DNA of 64,000 nt from Clostridia bacterium (GCA_017463125.1 JAFTPV010000003.1:157190-221189), one strand, 5' to 3'; shown: positions 17,942 through 27,670, counted from the first letter of the stretch. A program made the numbers and translations. The notes: generated by a model not told the origin, from the sequence alone.

Positions 17942-18115
17942 AAGTAGCTCCTTGTCAGAATTTTCAAACCATTTTATTGACCATACCCACATAGGATCGG
18001 TTGAGCTTGGTTTCTTCAGCGGACACGTTTTGCTCAATACAATCGGACACAGAAATGCTTTAGCCTAAATTTCACTTCAGCTTAAAGATATTCCTTGCCA
18101 TAGGATTTTAAGATT

Positions 18116-18637
18116 TTATGATAATTTACCAAGCATTTTTAAGACTGCGCTTTTCTGGTCTTTTTTATAGGCTTCCACATCATATTCAGGAGTATTACTC
18201 AAACATTTTTCGGCATACTCTTCTATTGTGCATATCACCCTTGCCGGAACACCGGCAACAACAGATCCCGGAGGCACATCCTTCGTAACAACGCTTCCGG
18301 CTCCTACAACAGAGTTTTCTCCAATTGTAACACCCGGCAAAATAGTTGTACCATTGCCTATAAAAGAATTGTCTCCAATGGAAATCGCACCATATTTCAA
18401 AACATTCCTATACCTTGGTTGATTGCGAAACACCCAAATTGAGCCGTCATGTGTAAGAAAAGTTACGTTTCCAGAAATGCAAACCCGGTTGCCAAGAGAA
18501 ATCAACCAAGGTTCCGAGCCCCAACCAGAACTCAACAAGCGACATCCTTCTCCTACAGTAACACCGATACTTCTCGCATAGGCCACAGGATCCTTTGTCT
18601 GTTTATATCTTGTGATAATTTTCTTTACAATTCCCAT
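18116..18637 (-). CDS. Hexapeptide-repeat (left-handed beta-helix) acetyltransferase
   Basis: 173 aa with the repeats IGDNSFIGNGTTILPGVTIGENSVVGAGSVVTKDVPPGSVVAGVPARVI. Confidence 0.8.
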   Translation of the reverse strand: MGIVKKIITRYKQTKDPVAYARSIGVTVGEGCRLLSSGWGSEPWLISLGNRVCISGNVTFLTHDGSIWVFRNQPRYRNVLKYGAISIGDNSFIGNGTTILPGVTIGENSVVGAGSVVTKDVPPGSVVAGVPARVICTIEEYAEKCLSNTPEYDVEAYKKDQKSAVLKMLGKLS

Positions 18638-18672
18638 ATGTTTTCCCCTTTACGGAGATATTTCTCTCCGAA

Positions 18673-19713
18673 TCAGTCATCGTTCTTAAGCGCGTTTCTT
18701 ACATAGTCGGTGGTCAAAATCTTTTTGACCGTGCCCTCAACGTCAAGGCGATTAGTATTATGGCTAGTATATGCTTCGTCAGCCATAGTCTGCACCTGAC
18801 CATTAACAACGAATTTATCATAGTTCAAATCACGACTGTCTGCCGCTACACGATAATACTGCCCCATATCCTCACTACGCAAGCGCTCCTCACGAGTCAT
18901 GAGTGTTTCATAAAGCTTCTCACCGTGACGGGTACCTATAATATTAGTTCCCGTGTCGCCAAAGAGCGATTGAACAGCTTTGGCAAGATCACCGATTGTA
19001 GATGCATCGGCTTTTTGGATAAATAAATCGCCAGGGTTAGCATGTTCAAAAGCAAAACGCACAAGCTCCACTGCCTCATCGAGATTCATAAGGAATCTCG
19101 TCATATTGGGATCAGTGATAGTGATAGGGTTTCCCGCCTTAATTTGATCAATAAACAACGGTATAACCGAGCCGCGAGAACACATAACGTTACCGTAACG
19201 GGTACAGCAGATTACCGTGTTTCCTCGTTCTGCCGCAACGCGAGCGTTAGCATAGATAACATGCTCCATCATAGCCTTGGAAATTCCCATAGCGTTGATG
19301 GGGTAAGCCGCCTTATCGGTAGAAAGACATACTACACGTTTTACGCCGGTTTCAATTGCAGCGTGAAGCATATTGTCTGTTCCGATTATGTTGGTGCGAA
19401 CAGCTTCCATAGGGAAAAACTCGCAAGAAGGCACCTGCTTGAGCGCCGCCGCGTGGAAAACGTAATCAACGCCCCACATAGCATCCTTGATGCTCTGCGC
19501 ATTACGCACGTCACCTATGTAAAACTTCACCTTATGAGCATATTCCGGATGCTTCACCTGAAGCTCGTGGCGCATATCGTCCTGCTTCTTCTCATCTCGC
19601 GAAAAAATACGGATCTCGCCGATATCAGATGACAAAAAATTTTTCAAAACTGTGTTTCCAAAGGAACCCGTTCCTCCGGTTATCATTAAGATTTTATTAC
19701 TAAAAGAACTCAT
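18673..19713 (-). CDS. fnlA: UDP-GlcNAc 4,6-dehydratase/5-epimerase, CapE/FnlA-type
   Basis: ILMITGGTGSFGNTVLKNFL...IRIFSRDEKKQDDMRHEL is the characteristic CapE/FnlA N-terminus; 346 aa with a strong AGGAGGA RBS. Confidence 0.88.
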   Translation of the reverse strand: MSSFSNKILMITGGTGSFGNTVLKNFLSSDIGEIRIFSRDEKKQDDMRHELQVKHPEYAHKVKFYIGDVRNAQSIKDAMWGVDYVFHAAALKQVPSCEFFPMEAVRTNIIGTDNMLHAAIETGVKRVVCLSTDKAAYPINAMGISKAMMEHVIYANARVAAERGNTVICCTRYGNVMCSRGSVIPLFIDQIKAGNPITITDPNMTRFLMNLDEAVELVRFAFEHANPGDLFIQKADASTIGDLAKAVQSLFGDTGTNIIGTRHGEKLYETLMTREERLRSEDMGQYYRVAADSRDLNYDKFVVNGQVQTMADEAYTSHNTNRLDVEGTVKKILTTDYVRNALKNDD

Positions 19714-19716
19714 ATT

Positions 19717-21564
19717 TTAGTCCTCCTCTTTATATACAGTATTATTTATTCTCAACAGATAGTCATCAAAAATATGATAACAAAAAGTACTTCCCTTAGG
19801 ATGATTCAAAGCTCCGCCTATATCCGCCTCGCTCCAAGATTCACCATTATCAAAGCTGATAGCTAATTCGCCTCCTTGACCGGAAAAAACTATTGACTGA
19901 TCTATTTTTTGCAAAAGGTATGCAGGTTCTTTTGCTTCAAAAATCGGTCTGAAGCTGTTATAATCATCTATATTCTCAAGTCTTCCCACATAAACGCCGG
20001 TTGCATTGCGAGAAAAAGATACATCTCTGTCTTTTATCGGCGAAACTACCCGCTTATCCTTCAGATCATCATGATCAGAAGCATAAATCAGGGTGTTATC
20101 ATCATCGTCCTTCCATAAAACCCCAAGCGTTCTTTGCACAGACGTTTCAGACGAATTTAATCGGTAAATATCAAATTTGTCAGAAGCCTTTCGTTCAGAA
20201 AAAGTATCCGCTTCTTTCATCTGGATATACAGCAACCATGAATTGGGATATATCTCACCGGTTCCGATAATCCAGCCATCACGAACACGGTTGATATGAT
20301 GAATGTGTCTGCAAGATATAGGATTGTCAGGAGACGCGACAAACTCATGAAGATACATCTTGTTTTGATCTGCAATTTCTACCTTGAATAACAGTCCGTT
20401 TCCCGCACTTGTCTCGTTCACTTCGGAATTAACCGTCCATTCAAGCGGGGACTCTGTAGAGCTTACACTGACTATATTTCCCGTGTCGTATCCGCACGGA
20501 AAATCCGATCTGAGCGTTAGTTTGCCGTTTTCACAACCAACCGTGAAGTTTTTCGGCTCCTCCCATTTGAATTTCTCCTTTGGGTCCTTATCGGCATCGG
20601 TCGGCACAACGCAACCCCTTCTTCTTAGCGTTATAGTTCCGCTTGTACCGTCAGGCGCGGTTATGGGATTGCCAAAGTTTCTTCCCCATTCGCTTTTTCC
20701 CTGCTGAAACTTATATTCTCCCATATCGCCAAACTCGTATTTGCAAAACCACTGTCTGCCGCCGTCGTCCGACATAAACACACAAGTTCTGACGCCTACG
20801 GTCAGATTGCCTCTATATGTCGCAAGCACAGCCATTTTTCTGTCGGCACTGAAACCCGACATATAGTAGAAAGGATTGCCCTGCGCTTCTCTTCGCGCAA
20901 TATAAAATCTCGGAAGCTCGCCTTGCTTTGACTTGAAGGTTGCTCCAAAGCCCGAGCCGCCGTATTTTCCTTTCTCTGATACCGCAGGATGATACCCATA
21001 TGCCTCACGAGGCAATCCGGGATAATATCTTTCATATTCCGCACATTCCGGATGGTCGATCGGATACTTCCTTTCGGGGAGGTCCCAGATAACGCTCTCT
21101 TCAAAGCGAACTATATCAAAAGCTTCACTTCTTCCCTCGCAATCCTTGCGTCTTGCAGGGTAATTGTGATATATCTGTCCTTTATCCGTAACGATCATCA
21201 GTCGCCACGACCTCACGGATTGAGTCGGACTGATGCTTCGATAATATGGCAATATTCGGCTATACATATATTTACTGCCGGGTATAAGACCGGGAAGGTT
21301 TTTTTCATCAAATGATACCGTGTATTTTATTGACGGGTAGCGATAATCAGGATAGATTAGCAGCTTATTCTTATTAGAAAGCACGACCACGCTATCGTCT
21401 GCGCATTCTATCTTTTTGTCACCAACGCGCCTTTTATATACCTGAAACCTCGCTCTGTCAAGAAGAAGTTCGTAGGAGAATACGTTGTTGACCTTTGCCC
21501 TATGTAATCTCGTGCCGAGATACATCTTGGCTTTATATTTCAACTCACTGAGTTTCTTGCTCAT
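19717..21564 (-). CDS. Hypothetical 615-aa protein with Asp-box (BNR) motifs, probably a beta-propeller; no signal peptide or TM
   Basis: Strong RBS (AAGGAGGAG) located inside the 3' end of wzx. There are two S-x-D-x-G-x-x-W motifs (FMSDDGGRQW, ISFDNGESW). I recognise no other family. Confidence 0.5.
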   Translation of the reverse strand: MSKKLSELKYKAKMYLGTRLHRAKVNNVFSYELLLDRARFQVYKRRVGDKKIECADDSVVVLSNKNKLLIYPDYRYPSIKYTVSFDEKNLPGLIPGSKYMYSRILPYYRSISPTQSVRSWRLMIVTDKGQIYHNYPARRKDCEGRSEAFDIVRFEESVIWDLPERKYPIDHPECAEYERYYPGLPREAYGYHPAVSEKGKYGGSGFGATFKSKQGELPRFYIARREAQGNPFYYMSGFSADRKMAVLATYRGNLTVGVRTCVFMSDDGGRQWFCKYEFGDMGEYKFQQGKSEWGRNFGNPITAPDGTSGTITLRRRGCVVPTDADKDPKEKFKWEEPKNFTVGCENGKLTLRSDFPCGYDTGNIVSVSSTESPLEWTVNSEVNETSAGNGLLFKVEIADQNKMYLHEFVASPDNPISCRHIHHINRVRDGWIIGTGEIYPNSWLLYIQMKEADTFSERKASDKFDIYRLNSSETSVQRTLGVLWKDDDDNTLIYASDHDDLKDKRVVSPIKDRDVSFSRNATGVYVGRLENIDDYNSFRPIFEAKEPAYLLQKIDQSIVFSGQGGELAISFDNGESWSEADIGGALNHPKGSTFCYHIFDDYLLRINNTVYKEED

Positions 21565-23026
21565 TTTCCGGCTCCTCCTTCTTCTTTTTCATCTTTGCAA
21601 AGAGGGATATGATCTTCTTTCTGAGAATAAACGCAATAATCGTCATCGCTACTATCACGGAATAGCGTATCCAAGTGTAATCATACAACGCAATACAAGC
21701 TATCGAGCATCCCACAAGCACCGCAGAAAGCAAGAGTATATACAGTTCATTGAACACTCTTCCCTTGTGCACGATGCGCATAAAGATGTACTGCATCACC
21801 GTAAGGATAATATAGCTTGCAAGCGTGGTATACGCCGCCGCCATATATCCGAATTCCTGAATGAATACGTAGTTCAAGACTATATTTGCCGTAGCGGCTG
21901 TTAACGTTGACACCATTATCCAATAGGTTTTTTTGTGGTATAGCAAGACATCTCCAAAAATATTATAAGTCGCAGAGAAGAAGACTCCGCACGCAACGGG
22001 CGGCATTATGTATATCGCCTCGTAATATTCTTTTGGCGCAAGGATCCAGACGATCTCTGGTGCAACCAATGTCAAAAACAGGCAAACTCCCGCAAATACC
22101 GCAAGCAGCGGGTTTACTATTGCAGAAATGTTTTTTTCGGTCTTATTTCTTAGGTTCTCGAAGGTATATGGCAAAAGGCTCGATTCTATTGCACCCCAAA
22201 CTATCAGCGACAAAGAACTGACCGTGTACAAAGTGGTATATATTCCGGTCGCGCTCTTGTCTATCATATTCGTTATCATTGTCCTGTCGGACACCTCAAG
22301 AATATGCTTAGCCAACGAATTAACGATAAGCGGTGTGTTGGTTATAAGTGCGAACTTCCAGAACTTCAGATTGACGAGTGTCTTTCCTTTAGATATCAGA
22401 TATATAGCACACGCCAGACCAACCGCGCAGTGCACCGCCTGGAGACCGACTATTCTATAGGGCGCGAGATTCTCTGCATCTAGGTATCTTCCCAAAAATA
22501 CCGCAGCGATCGCGAGCGCCGTACCGCATATGGCGTTAGTCAACGAAATGGATATTAGCTGCTTATATTTGTATTCAAAGCGAAGCCTTGTGATCCTGTA
22601 CTCCATCGCGGGAACAAGCCAGAACGCCGCGAGCATCACCGTCACTTCAACAGTATTGAGCGACAGTACCCCGTTCCAAAACTCCGGATTTGCAAAATAT
22701 ATTAACACAAATACCAGGGTTGAAACACTCGATAGTCCAATCATCGACGAGGAATATTTGTCTCTTTCCTCGGGATATTCAAACATCGCAAGCGAAAACG
22801 CTCCCGAGCTCAGCGATAGGGTTGCAACCACGCTTATCATCGAATACCAGGATGCAAATGTGCTGAATTCTCCTATCTCTGCCGGTGTCATTATTCTTGT
22901 GAATAAGGGGGTGGTTATTATTCCGAGTCCCTTTGTAAACAAGCTTGCAAGCGTGTACGCGATCGTCGCCTTTGCGGCAACCGATAATAGCTTGTATTTG
23001 CTCAGCAATTTTCTAAATTTTATCAT
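21545..23026 (-). CDS. wzx: Wzx-type oligosaccharide flippase (MOP superfamily)
   Basis: 493 aa, about 12-14 TM segments, with a typical polysaccharide-biosynthesis-protein N-terminus (ATIAYTLASLFTKGLGIITTPLFTRIMTPAEIGEF). Confidence 0.8.
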   Translation of the reverse strand: MIKFRKLLSKYKLLSVAAKATIAYTLASLFTKGLGIITTPLFTRIMTPAEIGEFSTFASWYSMISVVATLSLSSGAFSLAMFEYPEERDKYSSSMIGLSSVSTLVFVLIYFANPEFWNGVLSLNTVEVTVMLAAFWLVPAMEYRITRLRFEYKYKQLISISLTNAICGTALAIAAVFLGRYLDAENLAPYRIVGLQAVHCAVGLACAIYLISKGKTLVNLKFWKFALITNTPLIVNSLAKHILEVSDRTMITNMIDKSATGIYTTLYTVSSLSLIVWGAIESSLLPYTFENLRNKTEKNISAIVNPLLAVFAGVCLFLTLVAPEIVWILAPKEYYEAIYIMPPVACGVFFSATYNIFGDVLLYHKKTYWIMVSTLTAATANIVLNYVFIQEFGYMAAAYTTLASYIILTVMQYIFMRIVHKGRVFNELYILLLSAVLVGCSIACIALYDYTWIRYSVIVAMTIIAFILRKKIISLFAKMKKKKEEPENEQETQ

Positions 23027-23055
23027 AAAATTCTCGCTTTTTCAAAGCAACCAAA

Positions 23056-24162
23056 TTAAATATATATTCGTGGTACACGCTTAGATATGGAACAAACAAT
23101 CTCGTATCCTATGGTTCCGACCATTGACGCTAATGTATCAGCATCAATTCCATTACCAATAAGGGTTACTTCATCTCCCTCAAGCACACCTTCTATATGA
23201 GTCACATCAACCATTGTTTGATCCATACAAACACGTCCTACAATGCGTGCTTTTTGCCCCTTTATCATAACGTATCCGCGATTTGATAATTGTCTGTTAT
23301 ATCCATCTGCATAACCTACCGGCAATGTGGCAATTTTCATTTTTTGCTCGGCACAAAAACTTCTACCATAACCTACACATTCTCCGCGTTCAATTGTCTT
23401 GACCAATGAAACCACCGTTTTCCAAGTTAAAACTGGCTGTATTCCTTCTGGAAGTTTGATTTTTTGATTGTAACGCAAACCGTACATAACGATGCCCAAA
23501 CGTACTATATTATCACATTTGCAGTTTGGGGATTGGTAGAATCCACCAGCAGAATTAAGACAATGTATATATTGCAAATTCAAATCCGATATAATGTCCA
23601 TCAAATGCTCAAATTTCCGAATTTGTCTATTCGTAAACATCAAATCGTCACTTTCAATGCTATCTGCCGCACAAAGATGGGTAAAAAAACCATTAAGATT
23701 ACAGCGTGTTGCGTACTTTTTAATAACCTCAGCGCTTTCTTCTACCTTTACGCCAATACGATTCATACCTGTATCAATAGCAAATTGGCATTTTATCTCA
23801 CTTGAAAAGGATAACAGCTGTTCAGCATACGCCTCAGACAACAGCGCTTGTGTAATATCGTATTTCAGCAACTCAGGGGCTAATTCTACCGGAGTGTATC
23901 CCAAAACAAGAATTTCGCCCTTTATTCCAGATTCACGTAAAATAATAGCCTCATCAATATTTGACACTGCAAACAAATCAACGCCTATTTGACTTAGTTT
24001 TTTAGAAACGGCTACATCTCCGTGCCCATAAGCATCTGCTTTGACTACAGCCATAATTTTTGCCTCATCAGTCAAATATCTGCGATATATTTCTAAATTG
24101 CATTCAAGCTGCGACAAATCGACCTCAACCCATGACCGTCGCGTAAAACGCGTTGTGTACAT
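23056..24162 (-). CDS. Alanine racemase paralogue 2, embedded in the polysaccharide operon
   Basis: PLP motif AVVKADAYGHG plus GYADGYNR, VCMDQTMVDV. The ATG at 24162 lies 1 nt after the TAG of the upstream ATP-grasp gene. Confidence 0.85.
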   Translation of the reverse strand: MYTTRFTRRSWVEVDLSQLECNLEIYRRYLTDEAKIMAVVKADAYGHGDVAVSKKLSQIGVDLFAVSNIDEAIILRESGIKGEILVLGYTPVELAPELLKYDITQALLSEAYAEQLLSFSSEIKCQFAIDTGMNRIGVKVEESAEVIKKYATRCNLNGFFTHLCAADSIESDDLMFTNRQIRKFEHLMDIISDLNLQYIHCLNSAGGFYQSPNCKCDNIVRLGIVMYGLRYNQKIKLPEGIQPVLTWKTVVSLVKTIERGECVGYGRSFCAEQKMKIATLPVGYADGYNRQLSNRGYVMIKGQKARIVGRVCMDQTMVDVTHIEGVLEGDEVTLIGNGIDADTLASMVGTIGYEIVCSISKRVPRIYI

Positions 24163-24163
24163 A

Positions 24164-25087
24164 CTATTGTTTTTCCTTTTCACTAAAATGGAGCATATCT
24201 CCAATTTCAATATCGTGTCTCATATCCTTGAACGGCATAAATCCGCCGCAAGGCGAAAAAGTCAACTCTGAAAAATATACCTTTCCGTTTATTTCATAAA
24301 GGTCTACTCGAAGAAAATCAACACCATTAGAAAGCCTTGATGCAATGTCAAGCATTTCATCAAAACGTTTAGGCTTAGGAGGCAGTTTATCAAACGGGCG
24401 AAAATCGCTTCTCTCATAGGGCGCAAACTGCCAGTCGCAAGTAACAAAGCTTATTCTTGCGGTTGAGTGATCTTCAAGCCCCTCGGAAATATAAAGAAAC
24501 TTAGGTTCTCCGTTAAAACAGTAGAACTTGTAGTCGCGCAAACCGTTACCCGAATCATCTTCCATATATTGCTCTGCTAAAATACGCGGTTTTACATCCT
24601 TATAAGGCCATTCTCTGCCCTGATAGAAATATTTTGTTTTTAGACTCTTTTCAATCTTTCTCTTCGCCTTGGACTTGTCCAATTTGGATTTGTCGCGCAC
24701 AATAACTAATCCGCCCGAATCGTGCGTGCACTTAAGCACAAACTGATCGGGAAGCATATCAAAATCTATGTCATCAAAGTTTTTCCAAACACCGAGAGTC
24801 GGGATAATGTGCTCTTCACCTATACGTTCAGCAACATATATTTTCGCATCGTGCTTATCTACCATAGTCGTATATATCGGCTTGCGATCATACAACTTCA
24901 GCCACTGTATTTTTTCGTTGAAACTTTTCGGATTTTTCAAATCCAACTCTTTTCCAAATTTAAGTTCAAACCACTTTTTAAGATATTCTTCATCAGAAAG
25001 GTGATTATAAAACCCTAAATTTCCTAATATTCTGATTCTGTATTTACGATTTGTGACCAACTTCCACAACTTATTGATTTTACTCAT
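24164..25087 (-). CDS. TupA-like ATP-grasp amidoligase (paralogue 1)
   Basis: LKNPKSFNEKIQWLKLYDRKPIYTTMVDKHDAKIYV...FVLKCTHDSGGLVIVRDK...REWPYKDVKPRILAEQYMED...LRDYKFYCFNG...LRVDLYEINGKVYFSELTFSPCGG. The ATG at 25087 has an AAGGA RBS. Confidence 0.7.
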   Translation of the reverse strand: MSKINKLWKLVTNRKYRIRILGNLGFYNHLSDEEYLKKWFELKFGKELDLKNPKSFNEKIQWLKLYDRKPIYTTMVDKHDAKIYVAERIGEEHIIPTLGVWKNFDDIDFDMLPDQFVLKCTHDSGGLVIVRDKSKLDKSKAKRKIEKSLKTKYFYQGREWPYKDVKPRILAEQYMEDDSGNGLRDYKFYCFNGEPKFLYISEGLEDHSTARISFVTCDWQFAPYERSDFRPFDKLPPKPKRFDEMLDIASRLSNGVDFLRVDLYEINGKVYFSELTFSPCGGFMPFKDMRHDIEIGDMLHFSEKEKQ

Positions 25088-25337
25088 ATCATATCCTTGT
25101 ATTTGTTCTTTGCTTGGCGTTGCTCCGAACACAACGACCATATTTCAAATATCATTATTTTCTCCACTTCAATTTCAAACAGCCTTTGTGCCTCAAAATT
25201 GTTTCAGATACAACGGCAAAGCAACGTTTACTTTAGCAAACACATTTGTCAAGTGCACATATGCTTAAACGGTAACATCATTTGTGATTTGTGCTTTTCA
25301 ACACGCGGTCCACACCCACATCAAACTTCAAAAGTTA

Positions 25338-26504
25338 TTACAATTGCCCATATGCAATTTTGTGTCTATCCTCCGGCTTGGTTTTTTTCATAACTCTCAT
25401 CCAACGAAGGACCTCCGCCGTCTTATCTCCAAATGCACTGCGACCGTGCGACATCTGTGAACTCCAGAATCCACCGCCGTAAGTATTTGCTTCAATCAAG
25501 ATAGGTTCACCATCCTCGCCAAGCGTAAAATCCCAATGGATGACGCCTATCTGCGGAATTACAGCATGCATTCTTTTGGCGGCTTTAAGCGCTTTGACGA
25601 ACAAGGGATTGTTATATCCATCAAACACAAAATGAGTATCAGGATGCTCTTTGAACTGAGTGTTGAATTCGGTAAATGCGGTATCATGATATGTTCCGTC
25701 ATCATCCACCGCAACAAACATACCTCCCGCGTGAGCATTGTCAACAAATCCTCCTCCGCTACCTATACGCATGATACTCGGAATATGCTCTATTCCTTCC
25801 TTCCAGCGATATGTTCTGATTCTGAATGTGTTGACCGAACCGGGATATATATCAGTGAATGATTTGTGACACTTTATTCGCCTTTGAATAACAAAATCAT
25901 TGCCCATATCTGTCAAAATTTCAGATACGGTTTTGCCTGACACGGTGTCCACTCCATTGTCGAAATTAATAAAGCAACAGCCCTGTCCGCTGCAAGAATC
26001 TACGCTGGGCTTCATAAAGCCCTCTCCTATGTCTTTCAGAAATTCTACAGATTCGCTTCTGGTCAACATATTAAGTCCATTATCCTTATACGTGCCCCGG
26101 GTTGCCGAGAAAATAGTTTCCGGAACCTTTATTCCCGCACTCTTCGCAATAAACGGCAACACGTTTTTGTCAGCAAAAACCTTGTCGTATCCATTATACA
26201 AATTCATAAACCGCTCAAACTCGGGAATGCCTATAAGCTCAGGAAAATAATTAACATCAAAATTCCCCGTATATGCTGTAAAATATCTATGCCATATATA
26301 TGGAATTTTCTCTCCATAGTTTGATAAATAAAGATCATCGATAGCTTTCATCTGGCTTTCCGTCAGTACGGTACGACTATAGATCTCTATTCTTCGTTCA
26401 TCCTTGAATTTTTTGATCTCTGTGTTTCTTCTGTGGGAGATAAGGATCTTGTCATAACAATTCCCCACCAATCTCATACCTTTTGTTATTATAGAATTCG
26501 GCAT
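25338..26504 (-). CDS. ATP-grasp protein of the 'sugar-transfer associated' type
   Basis: 388 aa. The pattern resembles ATP-grasp enzymes found in exopolysaccharide loci: N-terminal ...FPELIGIPEFERF..., then FMKPSVDSCSGQGC, VIQRRIKCH, MRIGSGGGFVDNAHAGGMFVAVDDDG and IHWDFTLGEDGEPILIEANT. AAGGAG RBS. Confidence 0.6.
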   Translation of the reverse strand: MPNSIITKGMRLVGNCYDKILISHRRNTEIKKFKDERRIEIYSRTVLTESQMKAIDDLYLSNYGEKIPYIWHRYFTAYTGNFDVNYFPELIGIPEFERFMNLYNGYDKVFADKNVLPFIAKSAGIKVPETIFSATRGTYKDNGLNMLTRSESVEFLKDIGEGFMKPSVDSCSGQGCCFINFDNGVDTVSGKTVSEILTDMGNDFVIQRRIKCHKSFTDIYPGSVNTFRIRTYRWKEGIEHIPSIMRIGSGGGFVDNAHAGGMFVAVDDDGTYHDTAFTEFNTQFKEHPDTHFVFDGYNNPLFVKALKAAKRMHAVIPQIGVIHWDFTLGEDGEPILIEANTYGGGFWSSQMSHGRSAFGDKTAEVLRWMRVMKKTKPEDRHKIAYGQL

Positions 26505-26517
26505 AATAACTCCTTTT

Positions 26518-27603
26518 TTAGCGACAAATTAGTTCTATCCAGCGATCAACAATAACCTTCTTTGAGCATATAGATGATATTTTCCTGTACGACTCCTCAC
26601 CCATTGCAACGCGTTCCTCTGCAGTAGTATTTATTGCACTTCTCAATGCCTCGGTTATTGAGGAAACGCTATGCGGGTCACATAAAAATCCGTTGGTTTC
26701 ATCAACCAGCACCATATAATCAGATACCGCAGTCATAACGATGGGCTTTTTTAATGCCATTCCTTCGAGAATACCATTTGGCAATCCCTCCATACAACTA
26801 AACAAAGACACAAAATCAGCTTCTGCCATTCTGTCGTGTATCTTGTCGGTTGCAGGATGCAAAAATATGATTTTATCAATACCCCTTGATACTATTTTTT
26901 CTTGACACGCAGACAAAAGATCCGAATTTTCGTCTCCAACATTGAACTTTCCGTACCAATGTAGTTCTATGTTCTGACGTTCCTCTTGGGACAAATCGGC
27001 AATTGCTTGTATCACGCGCTCAAGGTTTTTTTCCTTTTCATATCTGGCAGCCACAACAAACCTCGTTTTACCATCTTTAATTGGTTTACACTCACTATGT
27101 ATCGGTTGCACGATATTATAAACTGTTTCAAGTTTTTTTTCGGTTTTGGGAAAATATTTTTTCCAAAGGTCTTCGGCACTCTTTGAATTACACACGATCA
27201 TATCGGCGCGGTTGCCTACTATCATTCTGATAATCTTTTTCTTTCTGCCTACAAACAAACTGGGATTGCAAATTCTCTCGCTCGCTATAAGTCTCCACTT
27301 GTGTGGACCAATTGAAGCCAAGGCCGCATAAAAATTTGGTGATCCCATAAAAGATATAACCACGTTTGGCTTTATTTGATTAAAGCGCTTTCGTATAACC
27401 AACGCTCTAGCAAGCCCACCTTTTGCGGTAATCAGCTCGGGAGATATTTCTGCCTCGTCCAATATTGACTTGTAAAAATCATCAGCGCGATATTTCAGAA
27501 AGAATATTTCATGACCTCGTTCCTTGAGCGCGACTGCCAGATTAGCCATCTGTCTTTGCGCCCCTCCGAATCCAAGGCCATCGATAAGTAGCGCAATTTT
27601 CAT
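26518..27603 (-). CDS. GT4-family glycosyltransferase
   Basis: MKIALLIDGLGFGGAQRQ... N-terminus and a C-terminal E-x7-E region (CMEGLPNGILEGMALKKPIV). Confidence 0.85.
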   Translation of the reverse strand: MKIALLIDGLGFGGAQRQMANLAVALKERGHEIFFLKYRADDFYKSILDEAEISPELITAKGGLARALVIRKRFNQIKPNVVISFMGSPNFYAALASIGPHKWRLIASERICNPSLFVGRKKKIIRMIVGNRADMIVCNSKSAEDLWKKYFPKTEKKLETVYNIVQPIHSECKPIKDGKTRFVVAARYEKEKNLERVIQAIADLSQEERQNIELHWYGKFNVGDENSDLLSACQEKIVSRGIDKIIFLHPATDKIHDRMAEADFVSLFSCMEGLPNGILEGMALKKPIVMTAVSDYMVLVDETNGFLCDPHSVSSITEALRSAINTTAEERVAMGEESYRKISSICSKKVIVDRWIELICR

Positions 27604-27670
27604 ACGCTATATCTCCTTTTATCTATGTATTTGGATTTACAAATGTTTAGCCGTAGAAACAAACCTCACA

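Noticed and set aside
16745-18037. N-terminal extensions in the ORF track. Examples are 18037 for fnlB, 16794 for fnlC, 24210 for alr2, 25141 and 28546 for the TupA-like genes, 30679/31779 for GTs, 37256 for the nuclease, 37265 for DUF4349, 54795 for spoVG, 61322 for the hypothetical, 6223 for rpmF and 8758 for agcS.
   Set aside because: In each case an internal ATG/GTG preceded by a good SD coincides with the conserved family N-terminus. The extension would overlap the upstream gene, promoter or terminator.
25142-25337. A 196-bp non-coding gap inside the glycan operon, examined for an internal promoter, remnant gene or RNA element.
   Set aside because: There are only weak -35-like hexamers without matching -10 boxes, no convincing hairpins and no recognisable coding remnant. 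It may still hold a weak internal promoter, but I cannot support one.
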